In this document: positions 1-14,069 of the stretch, piece by piece
Numbering within the stretch: position 1 is the first letter of the stretch
Layout: each line of letters opens with the position of its first letter
Source: Spirochaetia bacterium
GTDB taxonomy: Bacteria > Spirochaetota > Spirochaetia > SZUA-6 > Bin103
Reading direction: 5' to 3'
DNA: 64,000 bases
Assembly: GCA_965203515.1 (NCBI GenBank)
Contig: OZ241907.1
Location: 3,744,001 to 3,808,000, forward strand
Notes under the pieces: model-generated
Seen by the model: the letters and a program-made list of their open reading frames with translations, nothing else
Databases searched by the model: none
Told to the model about the DNA's origin: nothing
Position numbers and translations under genes: made by a program

Positions 1-129
1 GCCGCGGACGTGCAGCGGCTGGTGACGCAGCTCGTCAACATCGTGCTGTTGAGCGTGTTCATCAATGAGCTGATCGGCCCGTCGATCTCTCGCTTCGGCT
101 TGACCCGCGGCGTTGCGGCGCGACGATAG
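1..129 (+). CDS. 3' end of a probable cation:proton antiporter (partial, runs off window)
   Basis: Frame +1 reads ...LVNIVLLSVFINELIGPSISRFGLTRGVAARR*; the hydrophobic helix ending in ELIGP resembles the last TM segment of Na+/H+ exchanger family proteins. Confidence 0.55.
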   Translation, partial: AADVQRLVTQLVNIVLLSVFINELIGPSISRFGLTRGVAARR

Positions 130-177
130 GAGTCGGTCGGATTGGCGCGACCGGGCATATCCGACAGACTGCCGGAC

Positions 178-1008
178 ATGGTGGAGCTACGCGAGATCAT
201 CGATGCGCGCGCCTGCACGGTGGCGCTCAGCGCGACCGACAAGGAGCAGTGCGTTCGGGAGCTGGCCGAGCTGGTGTGCGCGGGGCTGGAAGGGGTCACC
301 GCGGACGCCCTGCAGCGGGCGCTGATGGAACGCGAGGAGGCGGGATCGACCGGATTCGAGGACGGGGTCGCCATCCCGCACGCCCGTCTGCCGCAGGCGT
401 CGCAGTTCGTGTTCGGCATCGCCGTGTCCAGGCGCGGCATCGACTACGACAGCGTGGACGGCAAGCGGACGCGGCTGTTCTTCGTGCTGATCGGACCGGA
501 TGAGGACCCGCAGCAGTACCTGCAATTGCTCGCGCAGATCTCCCGGACCGGCCTCAACCGCCGGCTGCACGAGGAGCTGCTGGCGGCGCCGACCCGCCAG
601 CAGCTCGCCGACGCGTTCGCCGCGCACCTGCAGCCGGCCGCCGCGCGCGTTTCGGCGGGCAGTTCGCAGGTTGGCGACCGGCTGCTGTTCGTCGTGGTAT
701 ACCAGCACCGCTACTTCGATGATATCGTCACGCTGTTCCTGGAGCGCGGCATCCGCGGCGCCGCGGTGTTCGACACCAAGGGCATCCGCGGCCATCTCAC
801 CAGCGTGCCGATCTTCGGCGACTTCCTGAACTTTCTGGGCGAGAAGAGCGACGTGAGCAGGACCATCATGGCGGTCGTCCCGGCCGGCCACTTCGATCGG
901 CTGATCGCCGGCATCGAGGAGATCACCGGCGACCTCGATTCCCACGCCGACGCGGCGATCCTGGCGATCGACCTTGCGTACAGCAAGGGATCGCTGGAGC
1001 ACGCCTGA
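178..1008 (+). CDS. PTS sugar/nitrogen IIA domain fused to a C-terminal PII-like domain
   Basis: EIIA motif REEAGSTGFEDGVAIPHAR (phosphorylated His); C-terminal ~110 aa (LLFVVVY...GIRGAAVFDTKG...SRTIMAVV...IEEITGDL) looks PII-like; ATG at 178 preferred over the ORF-track start. Confidence 0.78.
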   Translation: MVELREIIDARACTVALSATDKEQCVRELAELVCAGLEGVTADALQRALMEREEAGSTGFEDGVAIPHARLPQASQFVFGIAVSRRGIDYDSVDGKRTRLFFVLIGPDEDPQQYLQLLAQISRTGLNRRLHEELLAAPTRQQLADAFAAHLQPAAARVSAGSSQVGDRLLFVVVYQHRYFDDIVTLFLERGIRGAAVFDTKGIRGHLTSVPIFGDFLNFLGEKSDVSRTIMAVVPAGHFDRLIAGIEEITGDLDSHADAAILAIDLAYSKGSLEHA

Positions 1009-2433
1009 ATGGCCGTCCCGGTCCGCCCGCCGCTCGCGCAGCCAGGTGAGACGCGCACCATCGTCGCCTGGACCAAGGAGATCGGCGATCCGGTCAGCGC
1101 CGGCGAGCCGATTTGCGAGGTGGAGACCGACAAGGCGGCGATAGCGATCGAGTCGCAGGCCGACGGCGTGCTGGTGGCAAAGCTGTTCGACGTCGGGGCG
1201 GAGATACCGGAGGACGGACCGATCGCCCTGATCGGCAGCGCGGACGAGATCGGCGCCGCCGCCGAGCAGGCCGGCGCCGCGCCTGCCGCCGCGGAGCCGG
1301 GTGCCTCGGCCCCGCCGACGGCACCGGCGTCCACCGCCGTCCAGGGAGCCGCCGTCCAGGGAGCCGCCGTCCAGGGAGCCGCCGTCCAGGGAGCCGCCGT
1401 CCAGGGAGCCGCCGTCCAGGGAGCCGCCGTCCAGGGAGCCGCCGCCCAGGGAGCCGCCGCGCAGCGAGCCGCCGCGCCTGCCGCTGCCGTCCCGGCGCCG
1501 GCCGGCCGGCGCCGGGACGCGGTCTCTCCCCGCGCGCGCAAGCGGGCCGCGGAGCGGTCGGTGCCGCTGGCCGGCCTGACCGGCACCGGGCCGGGCGGCC
1601 GCGTGATCGAACGCGACGTGCTCGCCGCCGCGGCGGCACCGTCGCCGGCGACGGCACGCGCCCCCGCGGCCGAGCCCGCCGCGGCCGGCCAAGCGGTTGC
1701 CGGTCAGGCGGCTGCCGGTCTGGCTGCCGGTCTGGCTGCCGATCAGGTGATTCCGGTGCGTGGCGCGCGCCGGCTGGTCGCCGAGCGGATGCACGCGTCG
1801 CTGCGCGACACGGCGCAGCTCACCATGACCGCCTACGCGGACGCGACCCGGCTCCTGCAGCTCCGCGCCGCCTTCAAGAGCGCCGATCCGCAGTTCGAGA
1901 TGTCCGGCGTCACGCTCAACGACCTGCTCCTGTTCGCCGCGGCCCGCACCCTGACCGAGTACCCGGAGATCAACGCGACCGGCCGCGACGGCGAACGCGG
2001 CCTGGAGATCGTGCGCTCGGCCGCCGTGCACCTGGCGTTCGCGGTCGACACGCCGCGCGTACTGATGGTGCCGGTGATTCGCGACGCCGCCGGCCTGCGC
2101 GTCCGCGAGCTGTCGGAGCGCGCCGCCGACTTGGCCGAACGGTGCCGCGACGGATCGATCACGCCGGCGGAGCTTGCCGGCGGCACCTTCACGGTGAGCA
2201 ACCTGGGCAGCTTCGGCGTGGAGTCGTTCACGCCGATTCTGAACCCGCCGCAGGCGGCTATCCTGGGCGTCGGCGCGGTGGCGTGGCGGCCCACCGGCGA
2301 GCAGTCGGTCCGGCAGCAGATCGCGCTGTCGCTGACCATCGACCACCGCCTGATCGACGGCGCTCCGGCCGCCCGGTTCCTGCAGACGCTCTGCGCGAGA
2401 ATCGCCGAGCTGGACGTGCTGCTGGCCCTGTGA
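1009..2433 (+). CDS. 2-oxoacid dehydrogenase E2 (dihydrolipoamide acyltransferase)
   Basis: Lipoyl domain EVETDKA, E3-binding domain SPRARKRA...GTGPGGRV, catalytic GTFTVSNLG...PILNPPQ...DHRLIDG. Confidence 0.93.
   Translation: MAVPVRPPLAQPGETRTIVAWTKEIGDPVSAGEPICEVETDKAAIAIESQADGVLVAKLFDVGAEIPEDGPIALIGSADEIGAAAEQAGAAPAAAEPGASAPPTAPASTAVQGAAVQGAAVQGAAVQGAAVQGAAVQGAAVQGAAAQGAAAQRAAAPAAAVPAPAGRRRDAVSPRARKRAAERSVPLAGLTGTGPGGRVIERDVLAAAAAPSPATARAPAAEPAAAGQAVAGQAAAGLAAGLAADQVIPVRGARRLVAERMHASLRDTAQLTMTAYADATRLLQLRAAFKSADPQFEMSGVTLNDLLLFAAARTLTEYPEINATGRDGERGLEIVRSAAVHLAFAVDTPRVLMVPVIRDAAGLRVRELSERAADLAERCRDGSITPAELAGGTFTVSNLGSFGVESFTPILNPPQAAILGVGAVAWRPTGEQSVRQQIALSLTIDHRLIDGAPAARFLQTLCARIAELDVLLAL
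1336..1470 (+). repeat. 15-bp in-frame tandem repeat (GCCGTCCAGGGAGCC) x7 exact plus 2 degenerate, encoding (AVQGA)n in the E2 linker
   Basis: Exact units 1336-1440, variants 1441-1470. Confidence 0.97.
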
Positions 2434-3383
2434 GCGCCGGCCGCGTGCACCCCGGCCGAGCGTATCCCGGCCGCGCAACGCTCGATCTGATCGGCAACAC
2501 GCCGCTGGCGCCGGTCCGCCACGGCATTCCGGGCGTGGAGGTGTACGCCAAGCTCGAGTACTTCAACCCGACCGGGTCGGTGAAGGACCGCGCGGTCAAG
2601 GGGATGATCGAACAGGCGCTGGCCGCCGACCTGCTGGCCGGCCGCACCCTGATCGAGGCGACCAGCGGCAACACCGGCATCGCGCTGGCCGCCGTCGGCG
2701 CCGCGCTGCGGCTCCCAGTCCACATCACCATGCCGGCCAACGCGTCCCCGGAGCGCAAGCGGCTGCTGGCGACGCTGGGCGCCGCGGTCACCTACACCGA
2801 CCCGCTGGAAGGGACCGACGGCGCGCAGCTGGAGGCGCGGCGGCTGGTGGCGGCGGCCCCGGAGCGGTACTACTACCCCGATCAGTACGCCAACCCCGCC
2901 AACTGGCAGGCGCACTACCACGGCACCGGGCCGGAGATCTGGGAGCAGAGCCGCCGGCGCGTCACCCACTTCGTGGCCGGCCTGGGCACCGCCGGCACCT
3001 TCGTGGGCGCCTCGCGCTTCCTGCTCGGCAAGGGGGTGCGCTGCATCGCCGTGCAGCCGGATACGCCGCTGCACGGCCTGGAAGGCTGGAAGCACATCCC
3101 GACCGTCGCGCAGGTGCCGGCGATCTACGACGCCGAGCTGTGCGCGGACCCGATCGAGGTCGCCACGCCGGAGGCGTACCGCTATGCGGTGGCGGCCGGC
3201 CGCTACCTGGGCTTTCCGCTCAGCCCGTCGTCGGCCGCCAACCTGGCGGCCGCGCTGCGCACGGCGCGCGAGGCGGGTCCGGGGGCGGTGGTGGTGACGG
3301 TCTTCCCCGACAACTCGCTCAAGTACCTGGCCGACGACTTCTGGAACCGACATGACGACGGTCTCGCAGACCCTTTCGCGTGA
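2430..3383 (+). CDS. cysM: PLP-dependent cysteine synthase (CysM/CysK family)
   Basis: IGNTPL, KLEYFNPTGSVKDR (PLP lysine), EATSGNTG, GLGTAGT; GTG at 2430 overlaps the E2 stop (GTGA). Confidence 0.88.
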   Translation: MSAGRVHPGRAYPGRATLDLIGNTPLAPVRHGIPGVEVYAKLEYFNPTGSVKDRAVKGMIEQALAADLLAGRTLIEATSGNTGIALAAVGAALRLPVHITMPANASPERKRLLATLGAAVTYTDPLEGTDGAQLEARRLVAAAPERYYYPDQYANPANWQAHYHGTGPEIWEQSRRRVTHFVAGLGTAGTFVGASRFLLGKGVRCIAVQPDTPLHGLEGWKHIPTVAQVPAIYDAELCADPIEVATPEAYRYAVAAGRYLGFPLSPSSAANLAAALRTAREAGPGAVVVTVFPDNSLKYLADDFWNRHDDGLADPFA

Positions 3384-3780
3384 GATGGCGCGCGCCGCCG
3401 AGCGCGCCTATCCGTACGAGTGCGTGGGCGCGTTGTTCGGCGCCCGCCCGCCGGCCGGACCGGTCATCACCCAGATCAGGCCGCTGGACAACGACTCGGA
3501 CCAGGACCGCCGGCGCCGCTTTCACGTGGCCGACCGCGACTACCTGGCGTGCGAGCGGCATGCCCGCGCCGCCGGCGTGGAGCTGCTCGGCTTCTACCAT
3601 TCGCATCCCGACCATCCGGCCGAGCCGAGCGCCACCGATCTCCATTATGCGCAGCCGCTGTTCTTGTATATCATCATCTCGATACGGAGGGCGGAATATC
3701 GCGGGCAGATGGGCTGCTTTGCGCTGAACGGCGACGGCAGCGCGTTTCGCCGCGAGCCGATGCGCGTCCTCGAGGACTGA
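3352..3780 (+). CDS. JAB/MPN (Mov34, M67) metallopeptidase, Mec-like
   Basis: YPYECVGALFG plus JAMM motif YHSHPDHPAEPSATD. Confidence 0.9.
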   Translation: MTTVSQTLSREMARAAERAYPYECVGALFGARPPAGPVITQIRPLDNDSDQDRRRRFHVADRDYLACERHARAAGVELLGFYHSHPDHPAEPSATDLHYAQPLFLYIIISIRRAEYRGQMGCFALNGDGSAFRREPMRVLED

Positions 3781-3783
3781 TCC

Positions 3784-5202
3784 ATGCCGATAACCGTCAA
3801 CATTCCGACGCCGTTGCGCCCGTTCCTGGACGGGCAGTCGGCCGTCACCGTCGACGCCGCCCGCGACGTGGCCGATCTGCTCGGCCAGCTCACCGCCCGC
3901 AGCGCCGATCTCAAGAAGCACCTGCTGACCCCCCAGGGCACGGTGCCGGGCTACGTGAACGTCTACGTGAACGACGACAGCATCCGCGACCGGGAAGGGG
4001 AAGCGACGCCGGTCGCCGACGGGGACGAGATCTCCATCGTGCCGTCGATCGCGGGCGGCGCCGGCCCGCTGACCCCGGACGAGCTGGCGCGCTACAGCCG
4101 CCACGTCATCATGCCGGAGGTGGGCCAGGAGGGGCAACAGCGCCTCAAGGACGGCTCGGCGTTGCTGATCGGCGCCGGCGGCCTCGGCTCGCCGCTGGCG
4201 CTCTACCTGACCGCCGCCGGCGTGGGCCGCATCGGCATCGTCGAGTTCGACGTCGTCGACCGCACCAACCTGCAGCGGCAGATACTGTACGGCGAATCGG
4301 CCGTGGGGCAGCCCAAGCTCGACGCCGCCGCCGAGCGCCTGCATGACCTCAATCCGCACGTGCGCGTCGAACGGATCCCGCAGCAGCTCTCCTCGCAGAA
4401 CGCGCTCGCCATCTTCCGCGACTACGACGTGGTCGCCGACGGCACCGACAACTTCCCGACCCGCTACCTGGTCAACGACGCCTGCGTGCTGACCGGCAAG
4501 CCCAACGTCTACGGATCGATCTTTCGCTTCGAGGGTCAGGTGTCGGTCTTCAACCACGACGGCGGCCCGTGCTATCGCTGCCTGTACGCGGAGCCGCCGC
4601 CGCCGGGGCTGGTCCCGTCGTGCGCGGAAGGCGGCGTGTTCGGCGTGCTGCCCGGCATCGTCGGCGCCATGCAGGCGAACGAGGTTATCAAGCTGCTGCT
4701 TGGCGTCGGCGACGCGGCCAGCGGCCGTTACCTGCTGTTCGACGCGCTGAAGCTGTCGTTCCGGGAGCTGCGCCTGCGCCGCAATCCGGCCTGCCCGGTC
4801 TGCGGCGACGCGCCCACGGTCACCGAGCTGATCGACTACGAGCAGTTCTGCGGCATTCCGTCGGGCGGTGCCGCGGAGGACGGCGTACCGGAGATCGACG
4901 TGCAGGAGCTGGCGCGCCGCCTGGAGAACGGATCGCAGACGGTCCTGATCGACGTCCGGGAGCCGTTCGAGCATGAGATCAACCGCATCGAACAGGCGCG
5001 GCTCATTCCGCTCGGCGAACTGCCCGACCGGCTCGCCGGGCTGTCGCCGGCCGATTCCTACGTCATCCACTGCAAGATGGGCGGCCGCAGCGCCAAGGCG
5101 GTCGAGCTGATGCGCTCGCGCGGGTTCGCCGACGTGGTCAATCTGGCCGGCGGCATCGACGCCTGGGTCGAGGAGATCGATCCCGACCAGCCCAGCTACT
5201 GA
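3784..5202 (+). CDS. moeB: Fusion: MoaD/ThiS/CysO-like sulfur carrier + MoeB/ThiF adenylyltransferase + rhodanese (MoeZ-like)
   Basis: N-terminal beta-grasp ending IVPSIAGG, then RYSRH, GAGGLG, NLQRQ, PCYRC, CPVC, and rhodanese CKMGGRS. Confidence 0.9.
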   Translation: MPITVNIPTPLRPFLDGQSAVTVDAARDVADLLGQLTARSADLKKHLLTPQGTVPGYVNVYVNDDSIRDREGEATPVADGDEISIVPSIAGGAGPLTPDELARYSRHVIMPEVGQEGQQRLKDGSALLIGAGGLGSPLALYLTAAGVGRIGIVEFDVVDRTNLQRQILYGESAVGQPKLDAAAERLHDLNPHVRVERIPQQLSSQNALAIFRDYDVVADGTDNFPTRYLVNDACVLTGKPNVYGSIFRFEGQVSVFNHDGGPCYRCLYAEPPPPGLVPSCAEGGVFGVLPGIVGAMQANEVIKLLLGVGDAASGRYLLFDALKLSFRELRLRRNPACPVCGDAPTVTELIDYEQFCGIPSGGAAEDGVPEIDVQELARRLENGSQTVLIDVREPFEHEINRIEQARLIPLGELPDRLAGLSPADSYVIHCKMGGRSAKAVELMRSRGFADVVNLAGGIDAWVEEIDPDQPSY

Positions 5203-5228
5203 CGGGACGGCGCAAAGGAGCGTTTTCG

Positions 5229-6637
<1,409 letters not shown>

Positions 6638-6638
<1 letters not shown>

Positions 6639-7264
6639 TGGCGACCGACGCGCGCATCGCCGCCGTCAGCGGCACCGGCCTGCCGGTGCGCGGCGACGAC
6701 ATCGACACCGACCGCATCATCCCGGCGCGGTACCTGAAGGCGGTCACCTTCGAAGGACTGGGCGAGCACGCCTTTCAGGACGAGCGGGTCGCCGCCGACG
6801 GCTCGCGCACCGGCCATCCGCTCGACGATCCGCGCTACGCGGGGGCGAACGTCCTGTTCGTGAACCGCAACTTCGGCTGCGGGTCGTCGCGGGAGCACGC
6901 GCCGCAGGCGCTGTACCGCTACGGCATCCGCGCCATCGTCGGCGGCTCGTTCGCGGAGATCTTCGCCGGCAACTGCCTGATGATCGGCCTGCCGGCGGTC
7001 ACCTCCGAACGGGTCGGCGAGTGGCAGGACCGCCTGCAGGCGGCGCCCGACACGCCGGTGCGGGTCGACCTGGAGGCCAGGGCGATCACGCTGGGCGGCG
7101 AGGAGTATCCGCTGGAGATGCCGGAGGCGGCGCGCCGGTCGCTGGTCTCCGGCACCTGGGACGCGACCGCGGCGCTGCTCGCCGGCGACGAACGGATCGG
7201 CGCGACCGCCGCGCGCATCCCCTATCTCGGGTGGCGGACGCACGCGGCCGGGGGGAGCGCATGA
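6638..7264 (+). CDS. leuD: 3-isopropylmalate dehydratase small subunit
   Basis: DIDTDRIIPARYL, NFGCGSSREHAPQAL, SFAEIF; ATG overlaps the leuC stop. Confidence 0.96.
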
Positions 7265-8940
7265 GCGATCTGAACGTCCGCAGCCGGGCGATGACCGCCG
7301 GCGTGGAGCGCACGCCCAACCGGGCGATGCTGCGCGCGGTCGGCTTTACCGACCAGGACTTCGACAAACCGATCGTGGGCATCGCCAGCGCCGGCAGCGA
7401 CGTGACGCCGTGCAACGTGCACCTGGACGACTTGGCCGACCGGGCGCGCGGCGGGGTGCGCGCCGGCGGCGGCGTGCCGGTGCGCTACAACACCTTCGTG
7501 GTCACCGACGGCGAGGCGATGGGCCACGAAGGGATGAAGTGCTCCCTGGTGAGCCGCGAGACGATCGCCGACACGATCGAGCTGGTCACCCGCGGTCACC
7601 AGCTCGACGCGATCCTGGGCGTGGCCGGCTGCGACAAGACGATCCCCGGCACGGTGATGCCGATGGCCCGCCTGGACGTGCCGAGCATCTTCGTCTACGG
7701 CGGCACCATCCTGCCGGGCAACTATCGCGGTCGTGACGTGGACATCATCTCGGCGTTCGAGTCGGTGGGCGCCTTCAGCGCCGGCCGCATCGACGAGGAG
7801 GAACGGCACGGCATCGAGTGCACGGCATGCCCCGGCCCCGGCGCCTGCGGCGGCATGTACACCGCCAACACGATGGCGTCGGCGATGGAGGCGATCGGCA
7901 TGACGCTGCCGGGCAACGCCTCGATCCCGGCGGTCGACGATCGCAAGGCGGCGGAGATGGAGCGCGCGGGCAGGGCGCTGATGGACGCGGTGCGCGCCGG
8001 GCGCACGCCGCGGCGGATCATGACCCACGAGGCGTTCGAGAACGCGATGCGCGTGGTGATGGCGCTCGGCGGGTCGACCAACGCCGTGCTGCACCTGCTG
8101 GCGCTGGCGCACGAGGCGGAGGTGCCGCTGTCGATCGACGAGTTCAACGGCATCTCGGACACCACGCCGACGATCGCCGATCTCAAGCCGGCCGGCCGCT
8201 ACGTGATGCGCGACCTGGACCGGGTGGGCGGCGTGCAGGCGGTGATGAAGCTGCTGCTCGACGCCGGGCTGCTGCACGGCGACTGTCTGACCGTGAACGG
8301 GCGCACGGTCGCGGAGAACCTGGCCGGCGTGCGGGTCGAGCTGGACGGACAGGACGTCATCCATCCGCTGTCGGCGCCGGTCAAGCCGACCGGACCGATC
8401 AGCGTGATCAAGGGCAACCTGGCCCCGGAGGGAGCGGTGCTGAAGAGCTCGGGCGTGACCGTGCGCCGCCATACCGGGCCGGCGCGGGTCTTCGACGAGG
8501 AGGAGAGCGCCCTGCGCGCGATCCTGGACGGATCGATCGTCGCCGGCGACACGGTCGTGATCCGCTACGAAGGGCCGCGCGGCGGACCGGGCATGCGCGA
8601 GATGCTGGCCCCCACCTCCGCGATCGCCGGCGCCGGGCTGATCGCCGACGTGGCGCTGATCACCGACGGCCGCTTCTCCGGCGGCAGTCACGGCATCGTG
8701 GTGGGCCACGTCGCCCCGGAGGCGCAGGCCGGCGGGCCGATCGCCGCGGTGCGGGAGGGCGACGCGATCACCATCGACCTGGAAGCCAAGACGATCGACG
8801 TCGATCTCCCGCAGCCGGAGATCGAGGCGCGGCTGCGGGAGAGCCGGCCGGCCGAGCGGCCGATCCCCTATCGGCGCGGCGTGCTGGCCAAGTACGCGCG
8901 GCTGGTCTCATCCGCCAGTCTGGGCGCGATCACGCACTGA
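7261..8940 (+). CDS. ilvD: Dihydroxy-acid dehydratase
   Basis: [55 protein letters not shown]. Confidence 0.96.
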   Translation: MSDLNVRSRAMTAGVERTPNRAMLRAVGFTDQDFDKPIVGIASAGSDVTPCNVHLDDLADRARGGVRAGGGVPVRYNTFVVTDGEAMGHEGMKCSLVSRETIADTIELVTRGHQLDAILGVAGCDKTIPGTVMPMARLDVPSIFVYGGTILPGNYRGRDVDIISAFESVGAFSAGRIDEEERHGIECTACPGPGACGGMYTANTMASAMEAIGMTLPGNASIPAVDDRKAAEMERAGRALMDAVRAGRTPRRIMTHEAFENAMRVVMALGGSTNAVLHLLALAHEAEVPLSIDEFNGISDTTPTIADLKPAGRYVMRDLDRVGGVQAVMKLLLDAGLLHGDCLTVNGRTVAENLAGVRVELDGQDVIHPLSAPVKPTGPISVIKGNLAPEGAVLKSSGVTVRRHTGPARVFDEEESALRAILDGSIVAGDTVVIRYEGPRGGPGMREMLAPTSAIAGAGLIADVALITDGRFSGGSHGIVVGHVAPEAQAGGPIAAVREGDAITIDLEAKTIDVDLPQPEIEARLRESRPAERPIPYRRGVLAKYARLVSSASLGAITH

Positions 8941-8955
8941 GAGGGGTTCGGAACC

Positions 8956-9765
8956 ATGGCGCTCAAGGTACACGTGACCGGAGTCAGCGGCCTGATCGGG
9001 GACGTGGTGTACGCGCATCTGGCTGCGCAGCCGGATCGGTACACCGTGACCGGGAGCGGCCGGCGCTACGATCCGTCGGCGCGGGTGGCGCTCGGGCGGC
9101 CGCTCAGTTGCCCGCCGGAACGATTCACGCGCGCCGACCTTGCCGATCCGGATGCGGTGGAGCGGGCGTTCGAGGGGGCGGAGGTGGTGGTCCACATGGG
9201 CGCGATTCCCGACCCGTCGGCGCCGTTCGACGTCATCGTCTCCAGCAACGTGATCGGCGGCTACCACGCGCTGGAGGCGTGCCGCCGCCAGGGAGTGCGC
9301 CGCATCGTCTATGCCAGCACGGTCATGACCGACTGGGGCTATCGGTTCGACGAGCCGTACAAGGCGATTTCCGAAGGCCGCTTCGACGAGGTGCCGGACG
9401 ACTTCCGCCGCGTCACGCATCTGGACCCGCCGCGACCGACCGAGCCCTATTCGGCCAGCAAGGTGTGGGGCGAAGGGCTGTGCCGCGCCTACGCCGACGG
9501 TCACGGCCTCTCCTGCCTGTGCCTGCGCATCGGCGGCGTGAACCATGAGGATGCGCCGGCGAGCGCGGCCGGCGGGGCGCTGTGGTGCAGCCAGCGGGAC
9601 GTGGCCACCGTCACCGAGCTGGCGGTCAACGCGCCTGAGGACCTGCGCTTCGACATCTTCTACGCCGTGTCGGACAACCGCTACCGGTGGCTGGACGCCG
9701 AGCACACCCGCGACGTGCTCGGCTTCGAGCCGGCCGATCGTGCGGAGGATGCCGTCGCTCGATAA
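8956..9765 (+). CDS. NAD(P)-dependent epimerase/dehydratase family oxidoreductase
   Basis: VTGVSGLIG Rossmann motif, YSASK catalytic YxxxK, CLRIG. Confidence 0.85.
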   Translation: MALKVHVTGVSGLIGDVVYAHLAAQPDRYTVTGSGRRYDPSARVALGRPLSCPPERFTRADLADPDAVERAFEGAEVVVHMGAIPDPSAPFDVIVSSNVIGGYHALEACRRQGVRRIVYASTVMTDWGYRFDEPYKAISEGRFDEVPDDFRRVTHLDPPRPTEPYSASKVWGEGLCRAYADGHGLSCLCLRIGGVNHEDAPASAAGGALWCSQRDVATVTELAVNAPEDLRFDIFYAVSDNRYRWLDAEHTRDVLGFEPADRAEDAVAR

Positions 9766-9886
9766 GGCCTGAGCGGCGGCGCCGCACTTGTCCGCGCCGG
9801 CCGGTCGGGTTACACTCCGATCCCGGCAATCGATACCGTCGAGAGAAGAGCCGGGCGACAGGGAGCGATCTCGGGGAGGGTCGATC

Positions 9887-10237
9887 ATGCTCAAGAAAGT
9901 GGAAACCCGTGTAGAGAAGGTCGTCTCCGGGGCGACCGCGGCCGTGTCCGGGGCGCGGGACGCCGTCAGCGGCGCCCTGGATTCGCGCGCGCACAGCGTG
10001 AACGTGCGCCTGGACGCTGACAGCCTCCGGTGCGTGGATGAGATGGTGCGGGCGGAGGTCGTCCCCGACCGCGCCGCGGCGGTGACGTACCTCGTCAAGG
10101 AAGGCCTCAGGGCCAGCGCCGACCTGCTCGACAAGATTCAGGCCGGCTTCGACCGGATCGAGAGCATCAAGCGCGAGCTGCGCGGCCTCGGCAACAACGC
10201 CTCGATCAGCCCACCCGCCGAGTCCGAATCCGAATAG
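9887..10237 (+). CDS. Hypothetical protein, possibly ribbon-helix-helix DNA-binding plus coiled coil
   Basis: SD-like GGGGAGGG upstream; VNVRLDADSLRCVDEMV...DRAAAVTYLVKEG resembles an RHH; TTGTCC-17-TACACT promoter-like motif at 9788-9816. Confidence 0.5.
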   Translation: MLKKVETRVEKVVSGATAAVSGARDAVSGALDSRAHSVNVRLDADSLRCVDEMVRAEVVPDRAAAVTYLVKEGLRASADLLDKIQAGFDRIESIKRELRGLGNNASISPPAESESE

Positions 10238-10417
10238 CGGCCGGCCCGAGAACGAACGGCCATGACCGCCGCCGTGATGAAGGTGGCGGCGCTGCTCGCC
10301 TGCGAAGCTGCCGCGTCCAGCGTCGCTGCCGGGACCAGCCCCCGCGACGCCCGCTAAGCTAAGCTAAGAGGAACCGAGGCCGACACCCGGGACCACCTCA
10401 GTTTCTCACATTATCCC

Positions 10418-13333
<2,916 letters not shown>

Positions 13334-13514
13334 CCGCGGGCCGGGTCAAACGCAGTAAGTCAGTCCTACGGACTCGGCTCGTTCGTACCTTGGCCAGCCG
13401 ACCGCCGTGGCGGCGATGGATCGGCCGATGTGGAGCGGCTCGCCTAGGACAGCCGACCTACTCGCGCATTCTCATCTTGATTGTCGCTGGACACACATCG
13501 CGTCTACGGTCGGT

Positions 13515-14069
13515 CTATATCCGGCCGGCAACGACCTCTACGCCGGCCAGGAGCGCCTGGAAGCTACGCGAACGATTGCGATCGCGGGCGAGGTGCCGGG
13601 CCATGAGTCGTGCGCCGGCCACCTTTTGGAACTCCGGTACCAGTCTCCGCAGCATTTCGGACGGCTGTGATACCGAATCCGGATCGCGGAACCGGGCCTT
13701 CTGTCGCAGTCCGCGAAGTGACTCCATGCCATACGCGTCAGCGAGCGCGTCGGGGTCACCCAGGTACCATGCCTCGATCTCCTGGCACACGATTCTTATC
13801 AAGCTGTCTTCTCGCCGCCCAACTTTACACAATGCATTCAAGGAATTCTTCAGCTTGCGGCAGTCGCCGCCGTCGTTGTCGCGGACGATTGCAAACCTGA
13901 CTCCCGGCTCTCCCCACGCCCGGAGCTTGCGAGGGATGCTCTTCTCCAGGTCGTTCTTTCCTTCGTGGGAAATGCAGAGGAACGGAAGGTCGGGGTAAAG
14001 ACGCGGCAACAGGCCTTCCAGCAGCACCGCCATGGAGTACTCTTCCAACAGGAAGACGATGCGATTCAA
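13515..14069 (-). CDS. DUF4276-family (TOPRIM-like) protein, partner of upstream ATPase
   Basis: IVFLLEEYS, HEGKNDLEKSIPRKLRAW, VRDNDGGDC, QEIEAWYLGD, NRSRSF; TTG start overlaps the ATPase stop (TTGA). Confidence 0.78.
   Translation of the reverse strand: MNRIVFLLEEYSMAVLLEGLLPRLYPDLPFLCISHEGKNDLEKSIPRKLRAWGEPGVRFAIVRDNDGGDCRKLKNSLNALCKVGRREDSLIRIVCQEIEAWYLGDPDALADAYGMESLRGLRQKARFRDPDSVSQPSEMLRRLVPEFQKVAGARLMARHLARDRNRSRSFQALLAGVEVVAGRI

Noticed and set aside
1336..1470. Possible CRISPR or regulatory repeat
   Set aside because: In-frame coding repeat inside the E2 linker, with no spacers
10238..10417. tRNA or att site at the left edge of island 1
   Set aside because: No cloverleaf and no repeat matching the right edge (~36540-36640) found by eye
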